A DNA stretch of 63,826 nt, counting the filler, from Rhabdomonas costata (lineage: Eukaryota): the NCBI GenBank assembly GCA_019059605.1. It is 35 parts of 35 records of this genome, joined end to end, with 100 filler letters (N's around TTAATTAATTAA, not from the genome) between each part and the next. Parts side by side here need not be neighbours in the genome. Positions count along the whole stretch, not along the records: positions 25,596 to 27,320 come from JAHMHO010010010.1; positions 27,421 to 29,146 come from JAHMHO010010011.1; positions 29,247 to 30,972 come from JAHMHO010010012.1; positions 31,073 to 32,798 come from JAHMHO010010013.1; positions 32,899 to 34,624 come from JAHMHO010010014.1; positions 34,725 to 36,448 come from JAHMHO010010015.1; positions 36,549 to 38,274 come from JAHMHO010010016.1; 28 more parts are not named here. One strand, given 5' to 3'. Positions 25,945 to 38,274 of the stretch are shown here, one piece after another (positions within the stretch are counted from its first letter, which is position 1; the number at the start of each line of letters is the position of its first letter). The notes under the pieces were generated by a model, which was not told where the DNA came from, did not search any database, and saw only the letters and a list, made by a program, of their open reading frames with translations. The translations under genes were made by a program, and so were the position numbers.

Positions 25945-27320
25945 GTTTGCGATTCACGGCCTTGGCAGCAGCTTGATGAGGGATGTCTGCCAGACCGTGA
26001 GCTACCTCACTGTCCAAACCGCCCCAGGAGGTACCCCTTCTGTTTCTGCTTCATCTCCTTCCCATCTCCCTCCCCCATTCCTGTGGAGGGCCTCCGAGGC
26101 AGTCATTGAGGTGCAGAAAAGGCGGCCCTCACCCACCCTCGAAAAAATCGTCCGCGTCCTCGTGCATGCAGCCAGTGCGATAATGAGATGGGATCAATAT
26201 TGTGGGATGGGAATGAGGGACTATGCCCCCCGCGCACCACGCAGCGCAGAGCGAGCTTTTCGTGCAGATCAACAAGCAGTTCACCCCGGCCAGCTCACTG
26301 ATCTCTGACATCGCGACCCAAGTTTCTGGGGCATGTCTTGCGATTTGCACCTCTCACGCCCACTTATTTTGGGTAGTGGGTTGGAGGATGTTCACGGCTG
26401 GAGGAGGAGTCAGGTTTGAATCTGTCTTTTCCTACCTTTCTATTTCAGGCTGGTGCCCGAGACATCGAACATAATACACACCTTTTTTTGAGTGGGGAAA
26501 AGATGGAAGAACTGCCCCAGGGCCATGCATAGAGCCCAGATGCATCGATCTCTTCGGTTTCTCTCTCTCTGTCTTTCTGGCCGATGGCGATTTGTTTCGT
26601 GTCTGCCCACAGGCCGCATGTACCGCACTGCTGGCCAGCGGTGGACCTTGCGCTGCCCGGATCGGACCCAGCAACAACCTGAAGGTGTTTAACTGCTCCG
26701 CCCTGAGCTGCAGTACGTACGCCGACGCTCTGAATGGTGAGCCTCCCTCTCTCTGCCCATATGTCTCAGGCATACTTTTGACAAAGGCCGCTCAGGCAGA
26801 CATGCGACACGCGGCATTGCAATGCGCTGGCCATGTGGGTGTGGAACGGCTGCTTTGCCTGCCTTGTGTTCCCGAAACGAAGCGAAGTGAGGTACGAACG
26901 TAGCGTGTACTGTGTGTTGTTTCGTGATGAGCCTTTCTTTCTGATGCTCTTGTCCTTTTTGCCATACAATGGCATTAACTGTCCCCAACGTGCTAAGATA
27001 TCTTTTACTGCTGCTCTAGTTCGCAAAGGCGCAAATAAGGCGGCTTGAAAAATCAGAGCTAAACGTTCAGCGCGCCCGCCCACAAAAAAATGCAACGGCC
27101 CCCAAGTTTTTATTTTCGGGTCGATAGGAGGGGCGGGGGGTCGCCCCACTTACAGCGCTGACCACTGGAGTGGTGGCCACGATAAATGGGCTGTGCGGAT
27201 CCTCCGGCGCCTCGTGCACCGCCGCGCAGTGCGCCGCCGTGACGTGCACCCCGCAGGTCGTCACGTGCACCTCCTCGGCGTGCAGTGCGGTGGCGAGCTG
27301 CACGGGCTCGAGCTGCTACA
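25945..27320 (+). CDS. Multi-exon membrane protein fragment with a Cys-rich extracellular region
   Basis: FAIHGLGSSLMRDVCQT|SELFVQINKQFTPASSLISDIATQ|AACTALLASGGPC...CSALSCSTYADALN|ALTTGVVATINGLCGSSGASCTAAQC; GT-AG joins. Confidence 0.6.
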
Positions 27321-27559
27321 NNNNNNNNNNNNNNNNNNNNNNNNNNNNNNNNNNNNNNNNNNNNTTAATTAATTAANNNNNNNNNNNNNNNNNNNNNNNN
27401 NNNNNNNNNNNNNNNNNNNNGTGGGGGGGGAAAGGGAAGAGGGTCGTGTTGGCGCCTGCCCTATTAGAGCCTTCGGAGTGCCCTCATCTCGTGGACACCC
27501 GCACCCGGACCTGGGGTCCTCCCAGAGGGTGCGCACCAGAATTGCCACAAGTCCTGAGC

Positions 27560-28600
27560 GAAGATGTTCTGTCAGTTATCCGCTCCAGATGAGCCATCTC
27601 AGGGGAGTCCGGGGATGATGCCATCAAGTGCTCTGTATGGCACGCTCCTGGTGTCACTCGCAGGATTTGAAGGGCCTGGGCGGGCCACAGGCTCACAGGA
27701 TCCTTTTTCTTTGCGGTCAATGTGTTTGATTTGATTTCGGTGGTTTCGAAAAGTTTTCTCAAGAAGAAGTGGTGCACCCAGGTAATCCCTCAGCTCAGAG
27801 TTCGTTACCGTCGGAATGTCTGGGTGGAGTTGGACAGGCGCAGGGGCATATAGCTCACATTTCCCGAGGTTGAGACGCAGCCCCCGAAGGGCAAGCTCCT
27901 GTTCAAGGCGAGGCAGTGCGACACGAGTGGCAAGATCGGCACACAGCAATCCATCGTCCAGCATAGAATTGCAGCTGGAGATCATAGGTCTGTGCTGCAG
28001 CATCGATTGCTCCCTAAATCCGCGCGCAGAAGAGGGCGGCGGACATGGGCTCGCTTTGGGCAACTCTTTGAGCGGCTGAGAAGATCTCAGGGCCCCACAG
28101 CACTGGCGTAGGTTGTGACAGGATACAGGAAGCTCATGCGTGGAGGTCGGGGCAGAGGTCTCGGAAACCATCTATACAAGTGCGTTAAAAACTGGCGTTA
28201 AAAACAATTGTACGCGTTGCGCTCATCGATTTTCAGAAGATAACGTCCTGTTTCCGCCATCTGGAATGCCCACTGCCGAGCAACGTAGATTCCTGTTTGT
28301 AGAGCGAGGCGTTGCGCGAGGCTGAACTGCCTGGGAGTTGGTGAGCTGAGAGGTGTTCGCGAACCGCATGCCTGCTCTGGAAACCAGATTGCGTAGCGTG
28401 TCTCCCACGACCACGGGACTGATGCCTCCATCTTTCTTTGTGAGAGGCCAAATCGGAAGCTCGGGGCTCTGTGGTGTGTGAGCAAGATCTTGCTGCTGCG
28501 GAGGGAGCTGGTTCTGTTGGGCCAAACCGCTGGCCCTGGGTGACTTGACTGAGGGACTCGAATCTGGTGCCACGGCATCATTCAACGGTAAACATCGACT
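27560..28600 (-). mobile_element. Decayed non-LTR retrotransposon reverse transcriptase, CRE-like
   Basis: RT motifs in the correct order across frameshifts: PLTKKDGGISPVVVGDTLRNLVSR, PRQF, LLKIDERNAYN, VAQSEPMSAALFCA (QGxP motif), MLDDGLL (YLDD), GLRLNLGKC, YLGAPL. Confidence 0.88.
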
Positions 28601-30063
28601 CCTCTCAGGGGGTGAGGGATGGCGCAATTCCACGCTGACGTATTTGGCTCAGGGGGTGCTCCATTTCGGAAAATCCCTGGCTCCTGGAATGAAAGACTCC
28701 TCAACCTCGCTTACCCTACCGTCCATTGAGGCATCCGCTTGGAGCATGAAATGACGTCCTGGGACCAGAGTTGGTTGTCAAAGAGAAACTCAGCGAGCTT
28801 TCAGTCCACTGTAAAATTGGGGGTGAAAAAAGTCCAAAAAAAAGACTTCTCCTGGGGTCCTCTTAGGTTTGCTAACCCGGTCGGGCCGAAAACTTAGGCT
28901 CAGTATGCAGGCGGCAAGAAGAGCCAAAAGTGCTCCGCAGGCCTGAATAACACCGCAAAGTCGAAAATGCCCCTAACAGTAAACGCAGGAACAATAACAA
29001 AAAACTCCGAGCACCAGCAGGGCCACAATCCGAAGCTAACGGGGTGCAGCTCCATCTGCTCATCCATCACCTCCTTTCTCACGCTAACGCGGTGTACCAC
29101 GATATCGCCCCAATCTCACACAAAAACAGATAAAGTACACAACACANNNNNNNNNNNNNNNNNNNNNNNNNNNNNNNNNNNNNNNNNNNNTTAATTAATT
29201 AANNNNNNNNNNNNNNNNNNNNNNNNNNNNNNNNNNNNNNNNNNNNTATGGATTGATCCAGTGAAGGGTCCTCACAGGGCACGAATCATGAGGAATCGTT
29301 GCGCAAGTCGGAGCTGCGAAGAAATCCCCCCCTTCCATCCCACAGGTTGGGAAGAGCCCTCTTCTCACTCCCACACACAGCAAGGGCACAAAGGCTCCGC
29401 CCTCAACTCCTCCCAGAGAACCTTCTCGCGGTGCGGTAAAAGTGTAAATGCTACCAAGAAGGGAAATCTTGCATACACACATACACACCCATAAATGAAA
29501 AGGTCAGGACTATCCAGGGGAATAATCAAACCTAACAACGCGTCTCGCTTCTCCCGTTGTCATCTGTGCAAGGATTGTTTTAGAAAACACTGTGGGATGC
29601 GGAGGCGTAACTGAAACGGGTTCAAGAGGGGGGAACTGAAATGCGCTCTGTCCAAGGGAACTCAGACTTGCACCGCCATTGGCGTGGGCCGCGGTGAGAG
29701 TGGAGGGTCAGAAGAGCATACATAGAACCCAAGCTGTCATCAATGAGAGCCCCCAAAGTTTTGGCGATCTGCTTGGCGTTTCTAAATCAAGATTATTAAT
29801 GTTCCATTCAAACACCAGCTATAGAGTCGGGGAGAAAGCTCAAGCGACTCTCAAATGTTCCGTAGGGAGACCGGGGGCCTACACTCATTTTGTTCCTTGC
29901 TTGACACGCAAACAAACAGGTACACTACGTGCACAGGGCGCTGCTTCGGTAGAGGTCTTTTCAACCTCCAGCGGGCTTTCGAATCTTCTCTGGCTACTTG
30001 GTCGCCCCAATGTCGCATGCCTCTGCACCCCTTGTCTCAGACTCCGAGACTCCGAGAGCACAC

Positions 30064-30183
30064 CGGGGACGCAGCACTCCTCCTCGGAGCACACGCCGGT
30101 CTTGTTGGCACAGACCTTCTGCGTGGAATTTGGCAGGAGGACGGTGCCTTCGGGACAACTCACCACCGTGCTGCAGTTTGGTG
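30064..30183 (-). CDS. Single 120-nt phase 1-1 exon encoding a six-Cys module
   Basis: CACAG|CA...CCCG|GTGTGC; PNCSTVVSCPEGTVLLPNSTQKVCANKTGVCSEEECCVP. Confidence 0.75.
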
Positions 30184-31072
30184 CTGTGACAGAAGGAACA
30201 TCAAACGTAATCCCTTCCCTCGGAGCTCGGCCTGGCTCGGGCATCAGACATAAGACTGACGTGAATCTCAATACACACCTTTATTGCGCGAACAGTGGTA
30301 AATGCTACTGTGCGTCATTGTCACAAAAAATGGGTAACTTTTTTCCCCAACTGAGGTTTTGAACCGGCTATTTCTTCAGGAAATTAGTGCATGCATGCGT
30401 ACGAGTGTACGTGTACAACAAAGGACAGCAACCAGGCTCACTGACATTCCAAAATACATTGGATTGCATCAACAAGCCACATCATAAGGTTTTCCCTTAG
30501 AAATCGTTTTGCAGAAGTTTTCCTTGCAACTTGTTGTCACAATTTACGCCACATCTTACAGTTCGCCATGTGAAAGTGTCTGCGATATATACCATTTGGG
30601 CGAGCGACATCAAAGACGCTGAATCGCAGTACACTAAACGGAACACGAGGAACGAAGCAAAAGACTCGAAATGCATCTGAGATCCAACTAGAGGCAACTG
30701 CTTCCTCAGAAAAATGGAAAAAAAACGCCCCACATAAATGCACAACAGAAGTATGCTGGCAGGTTCACAGCAACTTTCAGCGTCAAAAATAGCATCGCGG
30801 CATACGGATAATTTGGATGAGAGTTTCGCCCAAAGCTGCCTCAACGTGTTGCCCAGCTCTGGACTCTGAGAAGCAAAAAGCAGAAACACCTCGTTGGGAC
30901 TCTGCGCTGGCAGGAAATAAGCAGGAAGAAGCTTCACCGAGTGCCATTCTTCTTTGTGCGTGCGTGTGTGTGNNNNNNNNNNNNNNNNNNNNNNNNNNNN
31001 NNNNNNNNNNNNNNNNTTAATTAATTAANNNNNNNNNNNNNNNNNNNNNNNNNNNNNNNNNNNNNNNNNNNN

Positions 31073-31407
31073 GTGGTGTGGTGATGGTGGGAACCCAAGC
31101 CTTTCTGCCCATTTTCTGGGCCTGGGCGGGGGGGAGGTTCTTTAGATGCGGAGTGGGCCACTCCATTTGGATTGCCTTGGTGAATTCCATTGGCAATCTG
31201 GGAGGGTTCACGGCGCCTTATTTCTTCGCCGGAGCGGGATCTGGTGGCTACCGCAAAGGGTTCACAATTGACCTCGGCTTGGTTGGGGTGGGGCTAGTTC
31301 TGCTGGCTGTGGCGGAGGGATTAAGGATTTGGGATGCCCGTCGTAAGCCGCCCTCTTTGGATGCGCTAGGATGTGGAACCGAGGGCCCGAGCGGGTCGCC
31401 CAGTTGA
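31073..31407 (+). CDS. MFS transporter C-terminal fragment (anion:cation symporter / TtuB-like)
   Basis: PIFWAW...IALVNSIGNLGGFTAPYFF matches the GIALINSxGNLGGFxGP motif; final TM helix, then stop. Confidence 0.8.
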
Positions 31408-32103
31408 ACTTGTCAGGTGGTTTTCCTCCCCTTCCTGACGAATCTGCCATGGCGACTGAAGTGTATTCAAGGTGAAAGAATATGATGGTGAGGTTCACTG
31501 CGTTTCAGGGATGTGCTCGCTTTGGAAGGTGCGCTATGCTGCCTCTGCGGAGACGTGTGCATATGAAGGAGTCGTAACTTTTTTTTGCTGCTTCGGAGAA
31601 TGCTCCCCTAATAATAATATCTCTCGTAACACGGTTCGCAGTGCGCAAGTGGACCCTCTTTTTGGACCAATTCCTACTTGGGTTACAGTTCAGCCGCAGG
31701 CCGTGCTATTCGCAGAGTGTTGTCAATGTGTAGAATCGGGGCTGTCGGCGGACCGGTGCCCTTCCAAAATTAAGGGTACGACTACGATGAGATTGAGCTT
31801 GCAGTTTGCAGCCGTCCGTTCTTCAACAATGAATGGGTGGGTCGCGTTTGGTTTCATCACATTATGTTTACGTGCTTTGCCAGCTGCCAGCAACATTCTT
31901 GGGCTGAAAAATAAGCCCAAGAATGTTGAGAGAAAGTTAGTGAGGAGTGCTCATGAAGACTGCATCTCTGGTCCGTTCAGGATCTGTCATCGCCGTTTCG
32001 TTTAATTTTGCTTCAGCTGTGTTTACGATGAGAGCAGGCTTAGGCTGGGGCTAGCTTGTTTTTTGGGGGATTTCCGCGCTGCACGTCTCTTTTGGCCGGA
32101 GCC

Positions 32104-32502
32104 ATGCCTGTCAACCGGAAGGCGCTGCGGAAGCCGAAAAGGATTCGGGCCAGCGCCTTCATCGCCTTCGGAGAACCCGCCATGAATTCTCCAATGGTGG
32201 AGATCAGGTCCGCGGTCGTTTCCCTTCTCTTAAGCTTTGGTTATGGTGAGTTCTGAGAAAGTGGCGCCGGGGCGAAACGCGTGTTACACGATGCACACGT
32301 TTCTTCTGGATACAGCGGGCGACCAGCCGAAATTAAGAGACTGTAACAGCGGAAAACCGTTCTGACTAATGCTACAGAGAGACCCTCTGGTCGCTGTTGC
32401 TGTGGGCCCCCCTCCAACCACCCACTCACCCATGCTCCTACCCTCAGCCTGTTGCAAAGCAAGGCCACTGTGTACGATGCCATCGCTGCGGTGGTGGAAA
32501 AG
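32104..32502 (+). CDS. 5' exons of a hypothetical protein (32104-32207, 32448-32502)
   Basis: MPVNRKALRKPKRIRASAFIAFGEPAMNSPMVEIS|LLQSKATVYDAIAAVVEK; phase-consistent GT-AG intron. Confidence 0.55.
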
Positions 32503-33111
32503 GTCAGGGAGTTGACGAGAATGCACACCAAAGGTGCCTCGCTCTGTGTATGCACGTGCCGGCACTGTGCAGGATTGGCCAATTTTTACGTGTGGAGAGG
32601 CAACAAATTATGGACCTGAGTGTATCACGTCAACAAAATCCGTCCCAAAAACCTGTTGGCAGCTGGTTCGAGGAAATGTAAAATACAGGGTTCCCGAAAA
32701 AATGTACAATATGGTATAAAAAACCCGTTAAAATGGACATAAAGCATGATGTAGTAGAATCCACCGCGGGGATTGGACGTGGTCAGGTTTTTTCTTCANN
32801 NNNNNNNNNNNNNNNNNNNNNNNNNNNNNNNNNNNNNNNNNNTTAATTAATTAANNNNNNNNNNNNNNNNNNNNNNNNNNNNNNNNNNNNNNNNNNNNGG
32901 GTGTTGTTTGTTCTTGTTACTTTCAGTATGATATTAAACCCTAACGTCTTTTTAACCTCCTGTCCATCGTAGCGGAGGGAATGGACGCCATTGTTGCCTT
33001 TCCTTTGAAATCAGCGTTTCAACTGTTTTCTTCTCATCATCCACCTGTTTTTTCTTTTGCCGTCCTTTTGGTCTTTCGATAGTCGACCCCCAAAAAAAGG
33101 CTGTCTCGCCC

Positions 33112-34427
33112 ATGGCTGTTCAGACTTTTCGGGATGGAGAAGAGCGTCTGATTTCCATCATCGGTGACGAGGTTTTTTTGTTGCTGTGTATTTTTTCTTT
33201 CAAAGCCGGTGAATATCACAGCGAAAAGAGGTCTGGAGCAGCAACAAAATGGTACATTTCGCACAAGATCTTTCAAGTCCCGGCCATCAACTCCTTGAAG
33301 TTCTTGTTTTGCAATAGCATTTGCGCTTTCCGCTTTTAGAAGTCAACCTGTGCCTGTGTGTCCTTCATTCAGTTCTCGAAATCAAGTCATTTGCTTTGGC
33401 GTTCCCTAAGGACACAGTCACGGGATTTCTGCTCGCTGGCGTTGGTGACTGCGATCGCCGCAAGAACATGACAAACTTCCTCATGGTTGACAAGAACACC
33501 CAGCTGAGCGCGATCGAGGCGGCCTTCAAGTCCTTCTCAACTCGCAGTGACATTGCAATCATCCTCATAAACCAGCATGTATGTTTCAGTTGCCTCAGTC
33601 GGCCTCCATCATACAGCAGGAGCATTGCGTGGTTGTGTCTGTTGTGATGGCGGCTATGATTTTGTCCACTACCGTTCTTGTACCCGTATTCAACCAACAT
33701 TAACCTCCATTCCCATCCCTTGTCCGTGAAGTGGACGTCACTTCCTGGCAATTCCACCAACCACAATGGAGTGGCAACGCTCCAAGTCGTGCACCCTGGC
33801 GCTGGCGGGTGATGTGGAGCCCTCTCTGATATTTGGGATTTTTTCGAAATTCATTCAAAAATTCGTACTTTTCCAAAAAAAAAAAATTCCAACTTTTCAT
33901 CCAACTTTCCATCTGCATCTGAAAAGTGGTATGAATTTATTCCCAGATTTTAGAAATCCAATTTTACCGTGGTCGTACCCAGTTTTTTGAACGTCCTTCG
34001 GGGCTGAACCCGAAGCGCTCAGGGTATTTCTGCAACAGTAAGATGTTGGGCAAATAGGCTTCTGGGTTGGGTTCTTGCCCCGTCCTTTCGGCAGCTCTTT
34101 CTATTCCACTCTTTTGTGTCAGCAATCTGTATTCCAAGAATATCTTATCCCAAGAGGCGCAAAGCGGACACAGACACTCGCACGCATGCAGAGAAGGTCA
34201 AAGCCTACAGGCCCCACTTCCCCCCCCCCCCCAGGGTGTTTTCATATAGTCATGTAGTTTGCTGGGGCTTAACTGTCATGCGGGGTATGGATGGAGACAG
34301 AAGAGCAGAGAACTCCCTCTTTTTTGCAGATTGCGGAAGACATTCGGTATCTTCTCAACGATTACCACAAGACCATTCCCACCGTGCTAGAAATCCCCAG
34401 CAAAGATTTCGGCTACGACACAAACAA
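33112..34427 (+). CDS. ATP6V1F: V-type ATPase subunit F, missing last exon; exons 33112-33171, 33411-33578, 34330-34427
   Basis: LISIIGDE|DTVTGFLLAGVG...NFLMVDKNT...FKSFSTRSDIAIILINQH|IAEDIRYLL...IPTVLEIPSKD. Confidence 0.96.
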
Positions 34428-34569
34428 GTGCGTGTTTTGTGGTTTGGTCGTTGGGAGTTGGGCGTGCAACGTTGTTTGTGCAAAAATGTTTCTCTGGTTC
34501 TGTAGAAATAACACTGGGTTGAGAAGTTTAGGGCATTGGATCGAAATTTGTGATGGTTTGCGTTGTGCT

Positions 34570-34616
34570 GGACGTTGGACATATGACATATGACATATGT
34601 CATATGTCCAACGTCC
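34570..34616. repeat. Perfect 21-bp inverted repeat with a 5-nt loop
   Basis: GGACGTTGGACATATGACATA (34570-34590) and TATGTCATATGTCCAACGTCC (34596-34616). Confidence 0.93.
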
Positions 34617-35337
34617 CACACACCNNNNNNNNNNNNNNNNNNNNNNNNNNNNNNNNNNNNNNNNNNNNTTAATTAATTAANNNNNNNNNNNNNNNNNNNN
34701 NNNNNNNNNNNNNNNNNNNNNNNNGTGGGGTGGTTTGACCCTTCCTAGTGACCATCCAAAGTTTCGCCACGGAACGAGACTCCGGCCATTTAAGCGCGTG
34801 GAGGCAACTTATGTCCGCAACCAGGCACCTGCTAGCCCCCTCATGTTCCACAGGGGTGGGGCCAGAGTTGTCTTGAACCAAACGCTTAATCGAGACCAAC
34901 GTGTTAGACCGTGATATAAATTCGAGCCGATTTCGGTGCCTGACAGTATTCGTACCAGTGTTCTCGTTTTACACCCAACTCAGCGTGTGCGATAGAGAAT
35001 GCGCAAGGTAATTGGGGTCAGATGCGAAAGAAGAGATCCTTTTCCTCGTTAACAGGATGCTTCTCTGAATGCCTCACGATCCCTTATCCCTGTTTTTTTC
35101 CTGCATGCTTGCCTGCTCAGTTGAACAATTCCCTGCACATTGTTGCTGTCAGTTTTTTGCCGCTCATTTTAGCGCATCTGTTTTGCAGTGCACAGCTTTT
35201 GTGCTTTTTGAGGGCTTTTTTATGGTGCTCCCTATTTCATGCGTGTTATGTGTATTTTCGTGAATCAGTGGTGTGTATATATATGTTCATGCGGGGGAAA
35301 ATATGCGCTCGGGAGTTCTCGCTTGCTTCCTTCAAAG

Positions 35338-36143
35338 GCCCAGCTCGAGACTGGTCACTCCGTCACTGAGAAGATTTTCCTGGCAACAGACAACATCTAT
35401 GCTCACCCTGGAGCGAATGCCTCGTTCGTCCGATATGTTGGTGTCCCGCGATCACGCCGCTCTGCTTCCTTGTTCGTCTATGCCTATGCACCCCCTTATA
35501 CAAAACTCACTTCCCTGACAAAACACCCCCGCATGGCCGCGTACGGACGGATGGATATTAGCCTCATGCATGTCTCAACGATATGCACTGATATTGTGGC
35601 TCATCTCAATATAAGAGAGAAGCTAAAAAAAAAAGATACTGCTTATCTTACCCGCCTCGAGAATGTGGGTTCATCCCAGAAAAGAAGTAACCTGAACTGA
35701 GGAGCTTTGAATGCGCTAGAAACAACCGTGTTGCGACTTTTTACCTGCTTTTGCTTTCCCCCCTGCAAGTCCAAATCCTGACTTTTTGGTAACATTTTGT
35801 CGCCTCTCGCTTTTAACGGGGCACTGGTAAGAATCGAGCGGTGTGCATATTCCACGGACGGGCGAGTTTCATGGGTATGGGGATGGTGCAGCAGTTCTGT
35901 TTTCTGCCAGGCCGCCACCAACGTACAGCTGCCGTGGTGGTCGACTTCTTCTTGATGGCCCGCTCTGGACTCTTCCTGGGCAACCCCAGCTCCAGCCTCG
36001 CGATGAACGTGTGCCTGTTCCGGCGAGCAATGCGCCCGCCTCGGTCGTGCCACCGCTTCCGCTTCTGTTACGAGCGCCCTGCCCCTTACCTCGCCAGTTG
36101 GCCCTGCGGCGCACCCCTGCCCTCGCTCTCGACGGAGCTGTAA
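35338..36143 (+). CDS. O-fucosyltransferase-like (GT-B) protein, 3' part; last exon 35911-36143
   Basis: KIFLATD followed by AVVVDFFLMARSGLFLGNPSSSLAMNV, the GDP-fucose-binding motifs of POFUT-like enzymes; middle exon structure uncertain. Confidence 0.7.
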
Positions 36144-36548
36144 GAGAGATCTTCTCAGGGGTCGATGGTGGTGGAGGGCGCCGCGCTTCCACGTACTGTC
36201 CTGGGAGCTGCACACGATAATTTGGCCTCCTGCAAATCAATTGCGACAGTTGGTTCGGTGGCGCAACTCGCAGGCCGCGATGTTGTCCTCGGATGGCGCA
36301 GGCACCTGTTATTGATTTGTGCTCAAGACGATGGGGAGGTTCCCGTGGGGAATACAATGACTGAAAACTCTCTCTGCCGCTACAGACCTGGTCCTGTTTC
36401 ATAAACTTCTCCCGTTCCTCTTCCTTTCGCTGGAAGCCAACCACAAAANNNNNNNNNNNNNNNNNNNNNNNNNNNNNNNNNNNNNNNNNNNNTTAATTAA
36501 TTAANNNNNNNNNNNNNNNNNNNNNNNNNNNNNNNNNNNNNNNNNNNN

Positions 36549-38274
36549 TTCCGACACATCGGATCACAGGCCTCGGTTTCCTGGCATTCATGAAACATAG
36601 CAACCAACCGCAAGTGCGAACCATACTCTTCGTCCATCTAGACCGCACCAGATATCATTTCCAAGCGGAGATGGTGTTGCTTACTTTGGAAGGCCACATA
36701 TGTAAACGTGGCTCTAGGATCCGTTGACGCTCACTTAAACCTTCAAGACGCTTATCTGCTCCTCGGCGGAGGAGACAGAGGTCTCTCGCTGGGCCACCAG
36801 CTGTTATGCGACCACTGAACCTGCTTCACTGGTGTAAACCAGAGTCCTCCTCTACCCCCCGAAGTGGCACTTGCTGCTCATGGTCCTCGTTCATGGTTTC
36901 TACATCGGAACTCTAGGATGAGGGACAGCTGTTGGATAACTGGGCACGTAAGGAACAGGCGGGAACTCAATTAGATAGAGGTCCATGGTGGCGCTGTCTG
37001 GACTCCGCTATTCCTCATGTGTGCACTTCCCACAAAGGAGGTGACGTCATGTGTAATAATCCACCTCCATAACAGGAGCTACCTGGTCAGTTTCCGTCTC
37101 CGAATCCACCTGCATTTGTGGTTCTTCAAGTCTATGTGGTTCGTGGTTAGAATGAATTTATACTCAGTACTGATTACAATCAGTAACATAAGCCTTGAAT
37201 ATCGCAGAAATGCGCCTCGACAAGCGCTCCCATGGTGGGGGAATATGGTTGGTCTCAGCGGATATGAGATGTATGTGTGGGGGTCGTTGGGCTGAATGGA
37301 CTGCGGCGGCGGCAGCGGAGTTGATCTGGTGGCATGTTCCGCTGTCTGTGACGGATCCTGGTGAGCTGCGGGATTTGTCTTGATCGTGTGGAGCGTGTGA
37401 CACCAAAGACATGTAGAAACCGGATTTACAGGGGGGCTTGCAATTATTTCTATGGCTTTGTCGGCTCGGGACCGGTTTTTTGAATGAAGCTCATTCACCA
37501 GGATGTCGATGGCGTGCCACATCTGTAAGAGGAAGCGTTGCCAGAATTTCTAAACCATTTGCTTTGGATACCCCTCCAGATGGCATTCCAAAATACCGAA
37601 GCCACGGATTTCTTAAAGTCCACCATATGGCTGCGGGTCAAATGGTAATGCACCAGATGGTCCATAATAACGCCAAGTTGTTCTAGTGGGACTGCTGTGT
37701 GGAGGACCTTGGTGCCGTTCTCCCTTATCACAGAAATACTTCTCACAGAGATACACAACCGAACTTCCGATTCTTGGCATCCCGTTGATTTGTGGCAGGA
37801 GTTCTGCGACTTGGCTCGAGTGTAGCCCTTTCCCAACATGGACCACTCCTTCGTACCGATGGTCAATTCAATGTGAAAATGGAGCACAAGGTCTTGTGTG
37901 CATGCTGGATCATGCAGGTGCGGGTATCCAGAGCTGTTCTCCTGCACAAAGCCCGGGATTTGCAGTTTCTTGGCTCAGTTCGTCTCTTCGGCTTACGCCC
38001 GCTTTCCAGGGCGTACTACCGGTCGGCCTTGCCTATCGACCAGGCTCAGGAGACGTCCAACATGTTGGCTTCCAGCTTCCGGCCGCGCCGGTCAAGGGTC
38101 TTGAGGTAAGGCCACCACAAAATGCGGGTGTCCACACAGGGCGAACACGGCCCCCATGAATCAAATGCCCTCGTAGTCTTAACACGGCCAAGGGGCACGC
38201 GCACTCCAGAGCGTGTTGATACGCGGTCGCCTGGTTACACAGCAGCGCCCGAATATGCGGCAGGAACAAACCCC
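36549..38274 (-). mobile_element. Possible heavily decayed retroelement 3' region
   Basis: No intron signatures and broken ORFs; GLFLPHI and WTPAFCGGL resemble the post-RT PxxxGGLGLP motif; Cys/His/Trp-rich downstream segments. Weak. Confidence 0.25.
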
